Source of the DNA: Octopus bimaculoides
Lineage: Eukaryota
Assembly (NCBI RefSeq): GCF_001194135.2
Contig: NC_068984.1
Span: forward strand, 22,754,977-22,793,395
Reading direction: 5' to 3'
DNA: 38,419 nucleotides
Below are positions 12,421-24,326 of this stretch, piece by piece; position 1 is the first letter of the stretch; each line of letters starts with the position of its first letter. The notes beneath the pieces were generated by a model. That model did no database searches, had not been told where the DNA came from, and saw only the letters and a list, made by a program, of their open reading frames with translations. A program made the position numbers and the translations under genes.

Positions 12421-12975
12421 NNNNNNNNNNNNNNNNNNNNNNNNNNNNNNNNNNNNNNNNNNNNNNNNNNNNNNNNNNNNNNNNNNNNNNNNNNNNNNNN
12501 NNNNNNNNNNNNNNNNNNNNNNNNNNNNNNNNNNNNNNNNNNNNNNNNNNNNNNNNNNNNNNNNNNNNNNNNNNNNNNNNNNNNNNNNNNNNNNNNNNNN
12601 NNNNNNNNNNNNNNNNNNNNNNNNNNNNNNNNNNNNNNNNNNNNNNNNNNNNNNNNNNNNNNNNNNNNNNNNNNNNNNNNNNNNNNNNNNNNNNNNNNNN
12701 NNNNNNNNNNNNNNNNNNNNNNNNNNNNNNNNNNNNNNNNNNNNNNNNNNNNNNNNNNNNNNNNNNNNNNNNNNNNNNNNNNNNNNNNNNNNNNNNNNNN
12801 NNNNNNNNNNNNNNNNNNNNNNNNNNNNNNNNNNNNNNNNNNNNNNNNNNNNNNNNNNNNNNNNNNNNNNNNNNNNNNNNNNNNNNNNNNNNNNNNNNNN
12901 NNNNNNNNNNNNNNNNNNNNNNNNNNNNNNNNNNNNNNNNNNNNNNNNNNNNNNNNNNNNNNNNNNNNNNNNNNN
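12421..12975. other. Assembly gap (others at 19951-19960, 20530-20566, 27496-27927, 28691-28901, 34318-34751)
   Basis: N runs, most abutting (TA)n, (CA)n or (GGC)n repeats. Confidence 1.
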
Positions 12976-13339
12976 TTAACAGACCATTAATAGAAATTAG
13001 AATTATATTTGGGAAAACTTTCAATGAGCGAGATAATCATTAATAATACATAGACATATAAATATAATTTGTAGGTATATCTTTTTCCATATGTATGTAT
13101 GAATGTATGTATGAATGCATGTATGTATTTATGAACTTGTTCATATGTGCATGTACATACACCTTTACGCATATCATAGTACAGGTGCGTAAGTAGTCAT
13201 ATTTACGCAATCACACATATTGTGTGTGTATGTGTGTATATGTATGTGTGTGTGATAAATATGCATTCCAGTGTTCATACACATGTTTAAAAAAATGTGA
13301 TTATATCATCATCGTCACCATGATCATCATGTAAGTGCA

Positions 13340-13384
<45 letters not shown>

Positions 13385-14283
13385 CTATACTTATACACAC
13401 ATATATACATGCACACATTTACTTGCGCACACACAGTACATATATATATATAATTATACTTATACACACATATATACATACATACATTTTTATTTGCGCA
13501 CACATTATATATATATAACGGCGGTGCATACGCATGGCCACAGCTCTGAGCTGAAACTACAGAAAAAATATACACACACACATACACACACATCTATTTC
13601 TCTACACTTATGCATGAATTCGAACACGCATACAGCATGAATGTGTGTGTGTATGTGTGTGTGTGTCTTTGTATGTGTCTTTGTGTGTGTGTTTGTGTGT
13701 GTGTTTGTGTATGTCTTTAATTGTGTCTGTGTCTCTGTGTGTCTCTGTGTGTGTGGTGCGTGCACATGAGAAATGAGACTGCAAAATGGAAATGTGATAT
13801 TGCTACGTCTTAATTAAAATATATTGTCGATTCGTTTCACTTTCAATTCCTGGTCTAAAACGTCACATAAAACCAGTTAATGCCATTTCCTACTGAATTT
13901 TAATAAAACTAATCAATAATTTTTAAAAAAACGTCATCTCACTGAAAATAAATTAGGCATTTTCTGTTTTTTCTTCCTCCTTAGCGCATCGTATGTTTTT
14001 GTTTTTTTTTTTCGCTTTGCAGTTTTCATTGATGAAACTCATCTACGTCTAAGAATATTATATATGAACGGGAAAAACATCTCTTAAACTTTTTTCAGAG
14101 ATTAAGAAAACATGCTATGCCTGAAGAACTCTACTTAAACAATGATCTTGTTTGACCAGACTGAAAGGCATGTGCTGTAGATCATTGCTGTGGTCGATTG
14201 CAATATATTTCAAGCCCATCTACTGGAACGAGATTAAAGAGATAAAAGGTAAATACTGAAGCTTTAAAGTGATGCTTTCAAAC

Positions 14284-14495
14284 TTGGGTACAAGGTCAGC
14301 AATTACAACGGAGGGCAGTTAATGGGTTGCATCAACCCCAATGTTCAACTGGTACTTATTTGATCAATTCTGAAAGAAATGAAGGAAGGAGAGCAAAGTT
14401 AACCACAGTGGTATTTGAACTCCGATTGTATAGGGCCGGAAGATATACCACTAAGCATGGCGTCCGATTCTTTAACGATTCAGCAGCGTGCCGCC
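14284..14495 (-). mobile_element. SINE family A, old
   Basis: catcaacccca..ctggtacttattt..atttgaactc..aacgattcagc on the plus strand is the reverse complement of family A. Confidence 0.7.
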
Positions 14496-15099
14496 TTCCG
14501 GGAGGCTGAAATAATACTTCCTAGCGTAGACACAAAGTATAATCTTAAGGAGTGGTTCAACGATTAAATCTATCCTGTATTTCACTGGAATTTTATTTTA
14601 TAGATCTGTGCTCAATAGATATCAAATTAACTGCCGTTAGTTGTTCTTTCCCGTGAAGGTACAAAACGGATTGTTTTGCTTTAAGCAGTTTGCTTTAGTT
14701 TTCCATTATTTTCTGTTATTTTTCTTGATATCTTTGTGCTCCTGCCATGAATATTTATAATAGTTTGCGAGTCATATACGGACACCAGCCCATTGTGCTC
14801 TTGTAAATTTAATCTTTCTATGTCAGATGGTGAATGCTTTAATTTAACTGCAATCTCTTTTCAGACAAAAGTTGATCATTCTTGTTGTGACCCGTTTCAA
14901 ATACTATTATTAAAACGTTTAGGCAGGACATCTAAGTCGTAATGCTTATCTTATTTTTGGCATTTTTGTATTTATCTAAGTCTATAATATTAATGTCTAG
15001 CCTTTTCTTTCATTCTTCATTGTGCATATGTGTGTGTATGTGTATGTGTGTGCACGTAATTCTTAAGTCTGTGTTTGGTCCGAAGGTCTTATCTCTGCT

Positions 15100-15520
15100 T
15101 CTTTATCTACCACTACATTAATGTCTTTATATCTCTCCTCTTGTACGATGCCCATGGCATATATTAATTCCTTCAGTAAATCCGTGTACCATCCATAGGG
15201 GAGTTTCTAATTGTTTATCATATGCGGTATACAGTTTTTACATCGTCTATATACAAACGTTTTTCTCGCATAGTAGTTGTATATGAGTTCACTCTGTTTT
15301 ACATGTTATTTGAAGGAAATGGTACTCGGCGGAAAATGATTGGACAGAATTTTCTTGTTTCCGATTTTTTTAGAATGTTATTAAATATTGTTACTAGTTC
15401 TTTACATGAGTTTGTAACATATATCATGCAAAGGTTTAGAAATTTATCATTTCTTGGCGCCTCCCTGCTGTTCAGTTTTTGAAGAGCATGTACTCCGTAC
15501 TGAGTTCATGTAGCTTCTCA
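15100..15520 (-). pseudogene. Decayed non-LTR RT N-terminal fragment
   Basis: VHALQKLNSREAPRNDKF (KAPG.D-like), ELVTIFNNILK, IQLLCEK and PLWM in the expected order across frameshifts. Confidence 0.4.
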
Positions 15521-15775
15521 CAATATATAGATGATTTGAGAAGCAGGTCCTCAACATTTTATAATTTCTACAAATTTTACTATATCCTGCTGCCAAACTA
15601 GGAGAGTTCTCATTTGTGCGAGTGAACCTGGGAGTTTTAACGACCCTATACAAGGATACAAGTCAGAGGGGCATTATAAGAAACACTTCAGGCCCATAAT
15701 ATTAAAATGCATAATTAAGTATTTTGGTCATAGTGCTTGCAAAGATGTTCGCGCAGTGGCATACACTGCTTTCTC

Positions 15776-15807
15776 ACTCAATAATAATAATAATAATGAT
15801 AGTAATA

Positions 15808-15877
<70 letters not shown>

Positions 15878-15885
15878 CAACAACA
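15776..15885. repeat. (AAT)n grading into (AAC)n
   Basis: Direct reading. Confidence 0.95.
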
Positions 15886-16050
15886 ACAGCAACGAAAAAT
15901 ACCTTAGGAATGAGAGCCCAACTTCGAAATTTCCCCTCAAGACACCTGATGAAGGCTGGAAGGTATATCAGCAGAAACGTTGTGTTAACAACAAACAAGA
16001 TAAGGACAAATATCCGTCAAATGTAAATAATGTAAATAATGTAAATCCTT
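15886..16050 (+). mobile_element. Penelope-like terminal-repeat fragment carrying a hammerhead motif
   Basis: Follows an (AAT)n/(AAC)n run, contains CTGATGA..GAAACGT, and ends in three tandem aatgtaaat units. The family assignment is inferred from the known association of minimal hammerheads with Penelope elements. Confidence 0.6.
15941..15986 (+). ncRNA. Minimal type-I hammerhead ribozyme motif
   Basis: Stem I GACAC (15941-45) with GTGTT (15982-86); core CTGATGA (15946-52); stem II GCTG/CAGC; GAAA (15974-77); palindromic AACGTT in place of stem III; cleavage triplet GUU (15979-81). Confidence 0.65.
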
Positions 16051-16079
16051 AGTTGTTTCTTATTATGCATTTAGTCCCT

Positions 16080-17250
16080 AAAATGTTTCTCCTATCATCA
16101 TTTCTCGATGTATTTGCTCTCAAGACAACACTGCTGGAGCTAGGGATGTTGAAGACCTTTCATTTTTGGGATGCATAAGAGCTGAGTCGGAATACGTGAA
16201 ATGTCAATGCTTGTCAATGCCTGGAACTCAAAAACATCAGCTTTTGAAGTATCAAATGCCATATGAAGTGGTAGCAAGAACTAACTGAAACCGAGACAAG
16301 TCAGTGGAGTTACAATCCAGGACCTGCCAAGGTATCGACTACTGCTGCTGGGTTGACAGTGTGGCAAAGAAAGGAGTTCAGTGTTCTGATTCGGGCCACA
16401 CATCCATATCAATATGAACTAGGACTAAGTTACAAGCAGATACTTCTGTCAAACAGTGATATACTGAGAGGAATCTATATCCTAAAGATAAGTAGGCGTG
16501 ACAAACATTTGCATTGCACCCATAATATATTATCGCTAAACTGTCATCTCTCTTCCCGTTTTTTTTTTTTTTTGCTTTTTTTTTTTTTGTCTGAGCGGTT
16601 GGAACGTATGTTCTTTCAGTCTTGTAGAAAAGTCAGATTGCTCTGATTAGAAGTTCATCTGCTGCCAAGACTCTCTAGACAGTGTGTTCAATATTCCGAG
16701 GCTGATTATGTGTAATCATGTGCTGTGACTGCAACATCAGCGGAGGTTCTCAGACGTTAAGCTCTTGTGGTTGCCATTTTTTTAAACAGTCTCTCCTGTA
16801 CGTCGTGTTTGACGGAGATCTAATCACATTTGAAGATTTAGTAAAGACTAGGCATCTAGTATATTGCCAGGCACTCGCAGTCCGGTTGTCTGGAGTACAT
16901 CCATATTAGCATACTTGGAGAAACACCTGGGCTCAAAGCCCTGTTAAGAAATTTATTCTGGAAGACATTCGGCTCAGGAAATATGAATACCTCCAACAAT
17001 ACCTAGAATTACTAGCTGGTCATTAACTCTACTAGCACAGCAGCCCGTTCGTCGAAGCCTGTCCGAGGCGTATGGAAAGTGAATAAACTGCTCCACTCAG
17101 CTCTTTTCGGCAAAATGACAGTGGTAGTTTTGCTTTTGCCCGTGCCTATAGCCAAAGTGGTTATAGGATGGATGTTATTGAAAGGTTTGTAGATAGTTCA
17201 CTTTCCCTTTCATTAAGCCGTCATCTATATCTTCAAGTCGGCTTGCAGTG
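16080..17250 (-). pseudogene. Highly decayed RTE-like LINE reverse-transcriptase region
   Basis: Frame-broken remnants in RT order: HFGYRHG, GVSPSMLIWM, SVKHDVQ, SADVAVTA (YADD-like), TYL, YGCVA, SRIPTQLL. Confidence 0.45.
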
Positions 17251-18364
17251 GACGGTGAGGTGAGAGACAGAGATGTAACATTCTAGCAAATTTGTTAAAA
17301 GTATAGGTGAGAATTGTGAGAAATTTTCAAATACTGATTGAAATTTATAGCTGGAAGAGGACAACTATTCTGGGTGCAAGTTCGCTAGGATCTTAGATTG
17401 CCTTGATCATGCATAGGGGTCATTCCTACCGTTTTATGGGTGCCTTTCTTTCCCCCATTTATAGTATATAAGCAGAACTACATGTTTGTTTATAATCATT
17501 TTCTATAGCGTTTTGTATGTATATGTGAGTTCCCTATGGCCAATAAAGATATGATAATAGTAATTATCATTATTACTACGACTGCTATCAACAAAATCCG
17601 TTCTTTTATTTCCTTAAACACAGGAAACACTCAGTTATCATTTTGTATTTGAAAAATCAGTCGAATCAATAAACAAGTAGTTAAGCTAGATTACATTTGA
17701 AATCTAATCAAATTATTTCTAATCTTGTATACATGTGTGTGCGCGCGTGCACATACATACACACACATACACACATGCATATATTTTGCATACATGAGTT
17801 TGTGTGTATGTGGGAATAGACAGTCGGACAGAAAGACAAACAGATAATGAGTATATATGTGTATATATGTATCTGTGCGTAGAGAGATATATATGTATTC
17901 ACATACACTTGTATATGTATGTATGTATGCATCAGTTTGAAAACCTACCAGCGATTTCCAAAGGATATAATGTACAGACAATTGTCTAGCTATTTACGCA
18001 AATATGAATATGAATAATAGGAAGCTAAAAGTTAATGTTGTATCTCATCTTAAGTTAAATTCTATGTAAATAGAATTCAGTAAACATCTTCCCTCTATGT
18101 TACATATGTATTTAAAGAATGTGATGAAGGGTCCCTAAAATGTCAATGTCCACTATGACTAAACGCTCCCAAAACACTACTGCAGACTAGCATAACTGAA
18201 GACTCGTTGATTTCGTAAGCATGATACTTGTAACTTGTATATAACTAACAGACTTTATTGAGTATAAGCCTGTTTTTAATTTCTTTGCTTTTGGTTTTTT
18301 AGTACAGCAAGTAACCCTGGCAAGAAGGTTGCTTTCGTTGGGGCTAAAGCCATCCACGTTTGTT

Positions 18365-18439
18365 CTTTGCCGTGTGCACCTTTGCCGTGTGCACCTTTGC
18401 CGTGTGCACCTTTGCCGTGTGCACCTTTGCCGTGTGCAT
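18365..18439. repeat. 15-bp minisatellite (ctttgccgtgtgcac) x5
   Basis: Four exact units plus one with a final c>t change. Confidence 0.97.
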
Positions 18440-18469
18440 CATCTTTCTACCACAATCAATCAAATAACA

Positions 18470-19873
18470 AAATTCCAACTTGCGAGACGGTGCAAATGCA
18501 ATGACAGGTAGACTCAATTGATTTATAGTGAAACTGAAAGAAATTGCCCCACGCCTACATCTTGTCAATCTACTGCATCATCCATCGACAAAACCTTACT
18601 GCTAAATCACTCAATAGTAAAATAGAGGGTGCCCCCTAATTGGCGATTTCATCTGTCAATTTTATCAAAGCCAATACTCTCAACGAAAGGCTATTTTTAC
18701 CACTCCGCGAAAATGAGGAGCACCAAACGCTTCTATTACATACCAATGGTCAATGGCTGACAAAAGGCGATTGTCTCACACAGCTTGTACAAATGTGGGG
18801 TACATTTCTGCTTTTCCTTGAGAACATGCACCTTCAAGCAAGCCGGCGGAAGCAAAAGGAAAACGCAAACATCCTGCTTGAAGCTATGAATGATATCGAC
18901 ACAAAGGCAAGAATTTTCTACCTTGCCGGCATTTTCTCGCAGGTCAACGCCTTAAATAAATCGATTCAAGGACGCGGTGCAACGATAGTTAGTACACTAT
19001 ACCGAGAAGATATGGTCATTCATAAACAAGCTTGGTTTATGGGTAACTCGGTTTCAAAAGGGCGAATTTGCCTTTTTCAGTCGTCTTGTTAAACCAGAAC
19101 CATCAGAAGCTGTACTCATCAGTTATGTCGACCATTTGAAGAGCTTGCAAATGGATATGAGAAGACGCTTCCAAGATATACTCGACTTGAAGCCACCAAA
19201 GTGGCTTTTTGACCTTCCTCATTATGGTGTTGTTAGCGATCAAGATCTTAATTCCAAACTTGAAACCGATCTTCTTGATTTTAAGGAGCATACAATTTTA
19301 ATGACGAAGTTGGATAGAGGTCTTCGTGGTTGGCTGCATGTAAAGACAACATTTCCAACACTTTTTCATGAAGCAATCTCATTTCTCCTCTACTTTCCAA
19401 TATCCAATATCCTAGTTAGTTGAAGCTGGATTTTCCGCAGTGAATGACCTTTTCACAAAATGATGCAATGTTCTTCAAACTGCGTAAAAAGGAGATATGC
19501 ATCTCAAGTTGAACCAATCCTTTGAAGTTTAAATTGATAACCTAATTCAAAAACGCCAACCGCAATGTAGCCATTAAATTGCTTTTTTCATTTCTTGTAA
19601 ATAAAAATGTAAATATACTTTTCTTTCCTTTTTAGATGTTTTTTTTTTTTTTCTTGCAGATTCTATAAACAAGAAGATATTATAACACGGATGTAATATC
19701 AATTTAACGATTATGATTGTACCCATACATGAAGTTGGCATGTGGAAACAATTACTACTTTATGGGGTTTCTATTCTGAAAGAGGGTCGGATTACTGGTT
19801 TAGAGGTCATTGAGCCTGGGATTTTTTTATCATAAAAAGTGAGCCCGAAGGTGAAAAAGGTTGAGGACCACTG
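18470..19873 (+). mobile_element. Decayed hAT DNA transposon (Buster/Charlie; ZBED5/FAM200/SCAND3-like transposase), 5'-truncated
   Basis: Broken frames give DGANAMTG (catalytic-D motif, from 18486), CIIHRQNL (CxxH), ERLF..LLLHTNGQWLTKG, IFYLAGIFSQVNALNKSIQG, MRRRFQDILDL..PKW, LVEAGFSAV (catalytic E at 19422-19424) and KRQPQCSH* ending at 19577. The 3' end aaaaaggttgaggaccactg is a typical Charlie-type terminal inverted repeat ending at 19873. Confidence 0.88.
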
Positions 19874-19984
19874 CGCTAAACGTTAAACCCTCTCCTTTCA
19901 CTGAGCGTCAAGCTAATACACTTCTTGTGCACGACCTCACGTTAGTTGATNNNNNNNNNNTTTTATTTGTTTATTTGAATTAAC

Positions 19985-20026
<42 letters not shown>

Positions 20027-20424
20027 CATGTACATATATGATGTATATATGTGTGTGTGAGTGTGTGTATGCCTGTGCAATACTTATCTACATGTTGAAG
20101 GTAGACATGAGATAATATAGACTAATAGGTTGAAATATAAATACATTGGTTAGTTGATTGAGTGGGGAATTAATTGATTAAGTGGTTGATTGATTGATTG
20201 ATCGATTGATTGATCAATTGGTTTAATTATGAAAGTCGCAATCTTTTAGTGGATGCAGTTAGTAATTATGAAAAGCAGTCACATCCACCTTAGCATGGAA
20301 CTAATCTAGTATTCAAGACTTGATCTCCTTAGGGGATTATAAATTATAATTCTGTGTTTCTAATGAGAGCGTGATGCAATTAATTACTCCCATCAGAAAC
20401 AACAGATTTGACTGAACCTTGTCC

Positions 20425-20472
<48 letters not shown>

Positions 20473-20609
20473 CAGCAGCAGCAGCAGCGGCGGCGGCGGC
20501 GGTGGCGGCGGCGGCGGCGGCGGTGGCGGNNNNNNNNNNNNNNNNNNNNNNNNNNNNNNNNNNNNNGTGGAGGTGGTGGAGGTGGTGGAGGTGGAAGCGG
20601 TGATGGTGA

Positions 20610-20665
<56 letters not shown>
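20425..20665. repeat. Compound trinucleotide array (AGT)n(AGC)n(GGC)n-gap-(GGT/GGA)(AGT)n
   Basis: Direct reading; gap at 20530-20566. Confidence 0.95.
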
Positions 20666-20977
20666 AAATCACAGTATGTTATGGCTCCTGCTGATTAATT
20701 TGTTATTATTTAACCCTAAATCTGAGCTGCAACCATCCCTTCCTTCATTTTTTAAATTTTTTTTTATACAGTGTATATAAAATTACGTATCTAATACGTC
20801 CTTCAGTTCATGATTGTAAGAAGTGATTAAAGTGACATTTGGTTTCTATTTCTAGCAAATCGAACACTAGGGCAGAGAACCTTCACTGACACGTGACTGT
20901 GCTTTTATTGTTTAGCCCTAAGTCATATCTAATGAAAGGGACCAATATTGGTCTATGTTGAAAAGTTTGTTACTCGT

Positions 20978-21480
20978 TATGATGATGGTGATGATGATGA
21001 TGGTGGTGATGATGATGATGATGATGACAATAACTACGGCAAAGACGATCGCGACTACGACGACCAGGATGACGATGATGCTGACACTGATAATGATGAT
21101 ATAAAACGAAGTAAAATCTAATCTCGATGTGAATAGTTAATCAACGGATGTGTTTATTGCTTTGCCAATCGCCACCATCACAACCACCACCGCCAAACGT
21201 CCACCGTCACCACCATCAACATCACCATCACAGCCTTCACAACGTTCTCTAAGATCATAGGTCTGAACTGACAGGGCTGATCGAATGTTAAACGATGTAC
21301 CAGCTTCACTAACACCACTATGAATATATCACCACATCCAACATCTCTACTCACCAGTTCTTACTACAACTCGCCTTACCGCAACCCCACCCTTCAGTTC
21401 TATCATCAACACCACAACTTTCATAGCCGTCTCTACTACCATTAAAACTCTCACCACTACCACCCTTACCTCATCCACCA
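20978..21480. repeat. Cryptic GAT/GAC and CAC/CAT low-complexity region
   Basis: Degenerate trinucleotide periodicity. Confidence 0.75.
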
Positions 21481-21604
21481 GTATTGCCATAAAAAATGGT
21501 GCATTACTCAAATGACAATTTTAAATAGGCATAGCTTATTGTAGACCATCAGTGAGGTTTTGTGTTCAGGTTGTATCTATTTACAGCAGTTATTATATTA
21601 ATAA

Positions 21605-21818
21605 TCTTTTCTATTATAGTGAGAAGGCCTGAAAGTTGGTGGGAGGGGCTAGCCGCTTACATCAACCTAAGTGTATGACTGGTACTTATTTTGTCGACCC
21701 CGAAAGGATGAAGAGCAAAGTCTACTTTGGAGAAATTTGAACTGAGAACGTAAAGACAGCCGAAACGTCGCTAAGCATTCTATCCGGCATGCTAACAATT
21801 CTACCTAGCTGGCGCCTT
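21605..21818 (-). mobile_element. SINE family A (tandem pair, copy 1)
   Basis: ctggtacttattttgtcgaccccgaaaggatga..aaatttgaactgagaacgtaaagacag. Confidence 0.85.
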
Positions 21819-21839
21819 ACTGTTTATGATTTTAATACT

Positions 21840-22053
21840 GCTTTCAAATTTTGGCACAAGGCCAGCAATTACGGGGAAGGGGTAAGTCGATTACATCGAC
21901 ACCAATGCTTAACTGCTACTTATTTTATCGACCCCAAAAGGATGACGGCCAAATTCGTCCTCGACGTAATTTTTAACTCAGACCGTAATGATAGACGAAA
22001 TGCCGCGTAGTATTTTACTCGGCATGCAAACGATTCTGCCAGCTAGTCACCTT
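21840..22053 (-). mobile_element. SINE family A (tandem pair, copy 2)
   Basis: gtcgattacatcgac..tacttattttatcgaccccaaaaggatga..acgattctgccagct. Confidence 0.85.
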
Positions 22054-22794
22054 ACACAGTATAATGTTATGATATTAATCACGCATTTCATCTAAATTAA
22101 ATCCTCTAAAATACCATATCTTGGACTTATGTAAAAAAGATGTTTGTAAAGGCTGCTTAAGCGATCACTTATAAATATGTACGCATAAAAACGTAAATGT
22201 CAAATCTAGATATTTATTATTTTTGAAGGAAATCTTCTTGTGTTTTAAGGTCCTGTTCATTTTTACCTTATTTCTAAATGTATAGAAAACAAACTCTCCA
22301 AATATAAACATTGATTCTATTTCAGGTGTTTAGAGCCGAAGCATTTCGACCATAACAATTACATTTATGACGAAGATGAAATATTTCTAAGTACGATGTT
22401 CAAACCAGCTCTATATATCGTACACTTTTGAAAATCAAATGTGAAACTGGTCAAGTGTATGAGGTCCGTTCAAAAACTAATACCTCGCGGTAGTTGTTTA
22501 GGCGAAGAAAAAATTAAGTTGGGTACGTTTTGAACCCACCTCATGTATTTAGTTTTTTAAATCTACATAAATTTCAATATATTCTCTGTGTATTTTCAAA
22601 TTCATTTCTTTTCTATTACTACATGTTTGGATTAGTAACGATTCAGCTATATATTTATATGACTGTGTGTGTGTGTGTGTATGTGTGCATGTGTGTGTTT
22701 GTGTGTGTGTACATATACATGTATAGATACGTACGTACGCACAAACATGCATACAATGATCATATTGTCTACTGGTGTCATCTTATGCAATTAC

Positions 22795-22860
22795 CTGCTG
22801 CCATACAACATATGTTTAAATAATTATGTTTGTTTTTTGTATAACGCTGTATTAGTTGCA
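22795..22860 (-). CDS. Putative exon: (L)QLIQRYTKNKHNYLNICCMAA(E)
   Basis: Acceptor gtttttgatccgtaatgattccag and donor CAG|gtaatt. 66 bp, phase 1 to 1; the other two frames contain stops. Confidence 0.65.
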
Positions 22861-23416
22861 CTGGAATCATTACGGATCAAAAACAAATATCAAATTAATA
22901 AATAATGTCAAAAGACCGATGTCTCTTGTTTAATTACATATAATACTAGATAATTTCAGTTTCTCAGTAATACAAACAATGTGTGTGCATGCGAGTGTGT
23001 GTTGCTGTAAAATGGTGGACGTATGTATCGGTATGTACATATTTGTTACTACAGAAACAGACATATAAAATATATATGAGTGTATGTGGGTGTGGGTGTC
23101 TGTGTCTGTGTGTGTGCATATGTGAGTACACAGAAACAAGCACATACATCATCTGCACGCAATTCTTCATTTTCTCTTGAAAAGGGGTTTTAATCCCGAA
23201 TTATGAAAATACAGGGAAAAGCGTAAGCTAATGTTGTTCGCTTGTTACTTTTATTTTCAGTCTTTTATTTCAGATTTGCATTGTACTAGTTTTAAAACAA
23301 TTTAAGTATGTGTGCGCGTGTACGTGTGTGTGTGTGTGTATGCGTGTGAGAGGGACAGAAAGTGGATGTGTTTGTGTATATGTGTGTGTGTGCTTGTGTG
23401 TGTATATATGTGTCTG

Positions 23417-23466
<50 letters not shown>

Positions 23467-23802
23467 AGCGCGCGTATGTAAAACGTGTAAAATTAGTGAG
23501 AAGGGATCTGGGAACCCAGGCTGTGACTTTACTAAAATTAATCATTCTGTAACCGCATCATTTGTTCATAAGCTTTATGAATAAATGACTGTATAATATA
23601 TGTATCATATAATCGATATGATAGTATCATTGCTCTATTCCATGTCTTCATGCTTGAATTATGTGATATGTCACACAAACATGTTATTAAAACAATTGTA
23701 AATTGTCGAATAAATGTAATACCAACAAGCTAATTTGTGTGTGTGTGCGTGTGTGTGTGTGTATGTGTGTGTGTGTTTGTGTGTCTGTATGTGTGTGTGT
23801 CT

Positions 23803-23836
<34 letters not shown>

Positions 23837-23954
23837 CTGTGTATGTGTCTGTGTGTGTCTGTGTGTGTGTATGTGTGTGTGTGCATATATACATATATAC
23901 ACAGAAAAAATAATTTGAGTTCATACTTATGCTATGCAGTGGTAGTATAAGTAT

Positions 23955-24326
23955 CGTGGCACTCCGTCGCTTATGACGATGAAAGTTCCAGCTGATACGA
24001 CCAATGGAACAGCCTGCTCGTGAAATTAACGTGCAAGTGGCTGAGCTCTCTACAGACACGTGTAACCTTAACGTAGTTCTCGGGGAGATTCAGCGTGACA
24101 AGGCTGGCCCTTTGAAATATAGGTACAGCAGAAACAGGAATAAAGAGTGAAAGAAAGTTGTGGTAAAAGAGTACAGCAGGGTTCACCACCACCCCCTGCC
24201 ACAGCTTCGTGGCGCATTAGGTGTTTTCGCTCAATGAACACTCACAGTGACCAGTCTGGGAATCGAAACCGCGATCCTACGACCTCGAGTTCACTGCCCT
24301 AACGACTGGGCCATTGCGCCTCCACA
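23955..24326 (-). mobile_element. tRNA-derived SINE, family B, near full length
   Basis: Reverse-complement homolog of 6588-6958, with an 11-bp target-site duplication agtataagtat at 23944-23954 and 24326-24336. Confidence 0.9.

Noticed and set aside
12374-13024. Long ORFs containing X (also 27399-28029, 28512-29026, 34147-34854)
   Set aside because: They are open only because they cross N gaps.
18365-18439. Regular repeat resembling a CRISPR array
   Set aside because: Tandem 15-mers with no spacers, in a eukaryotic context with no cas genes.
19880-19950. Short segment resembling a mariner-type subterminal repeat
   Set aside because: Only about 70 bp, truncated by a gap, and the resemblance rests on recollection alone.
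22327-22390. Plus-strand exon candidate CLEPKHFDHNNYIYDEDEIFL
   Set aside because: Weak donor and no frame-compatible neighbours identified.
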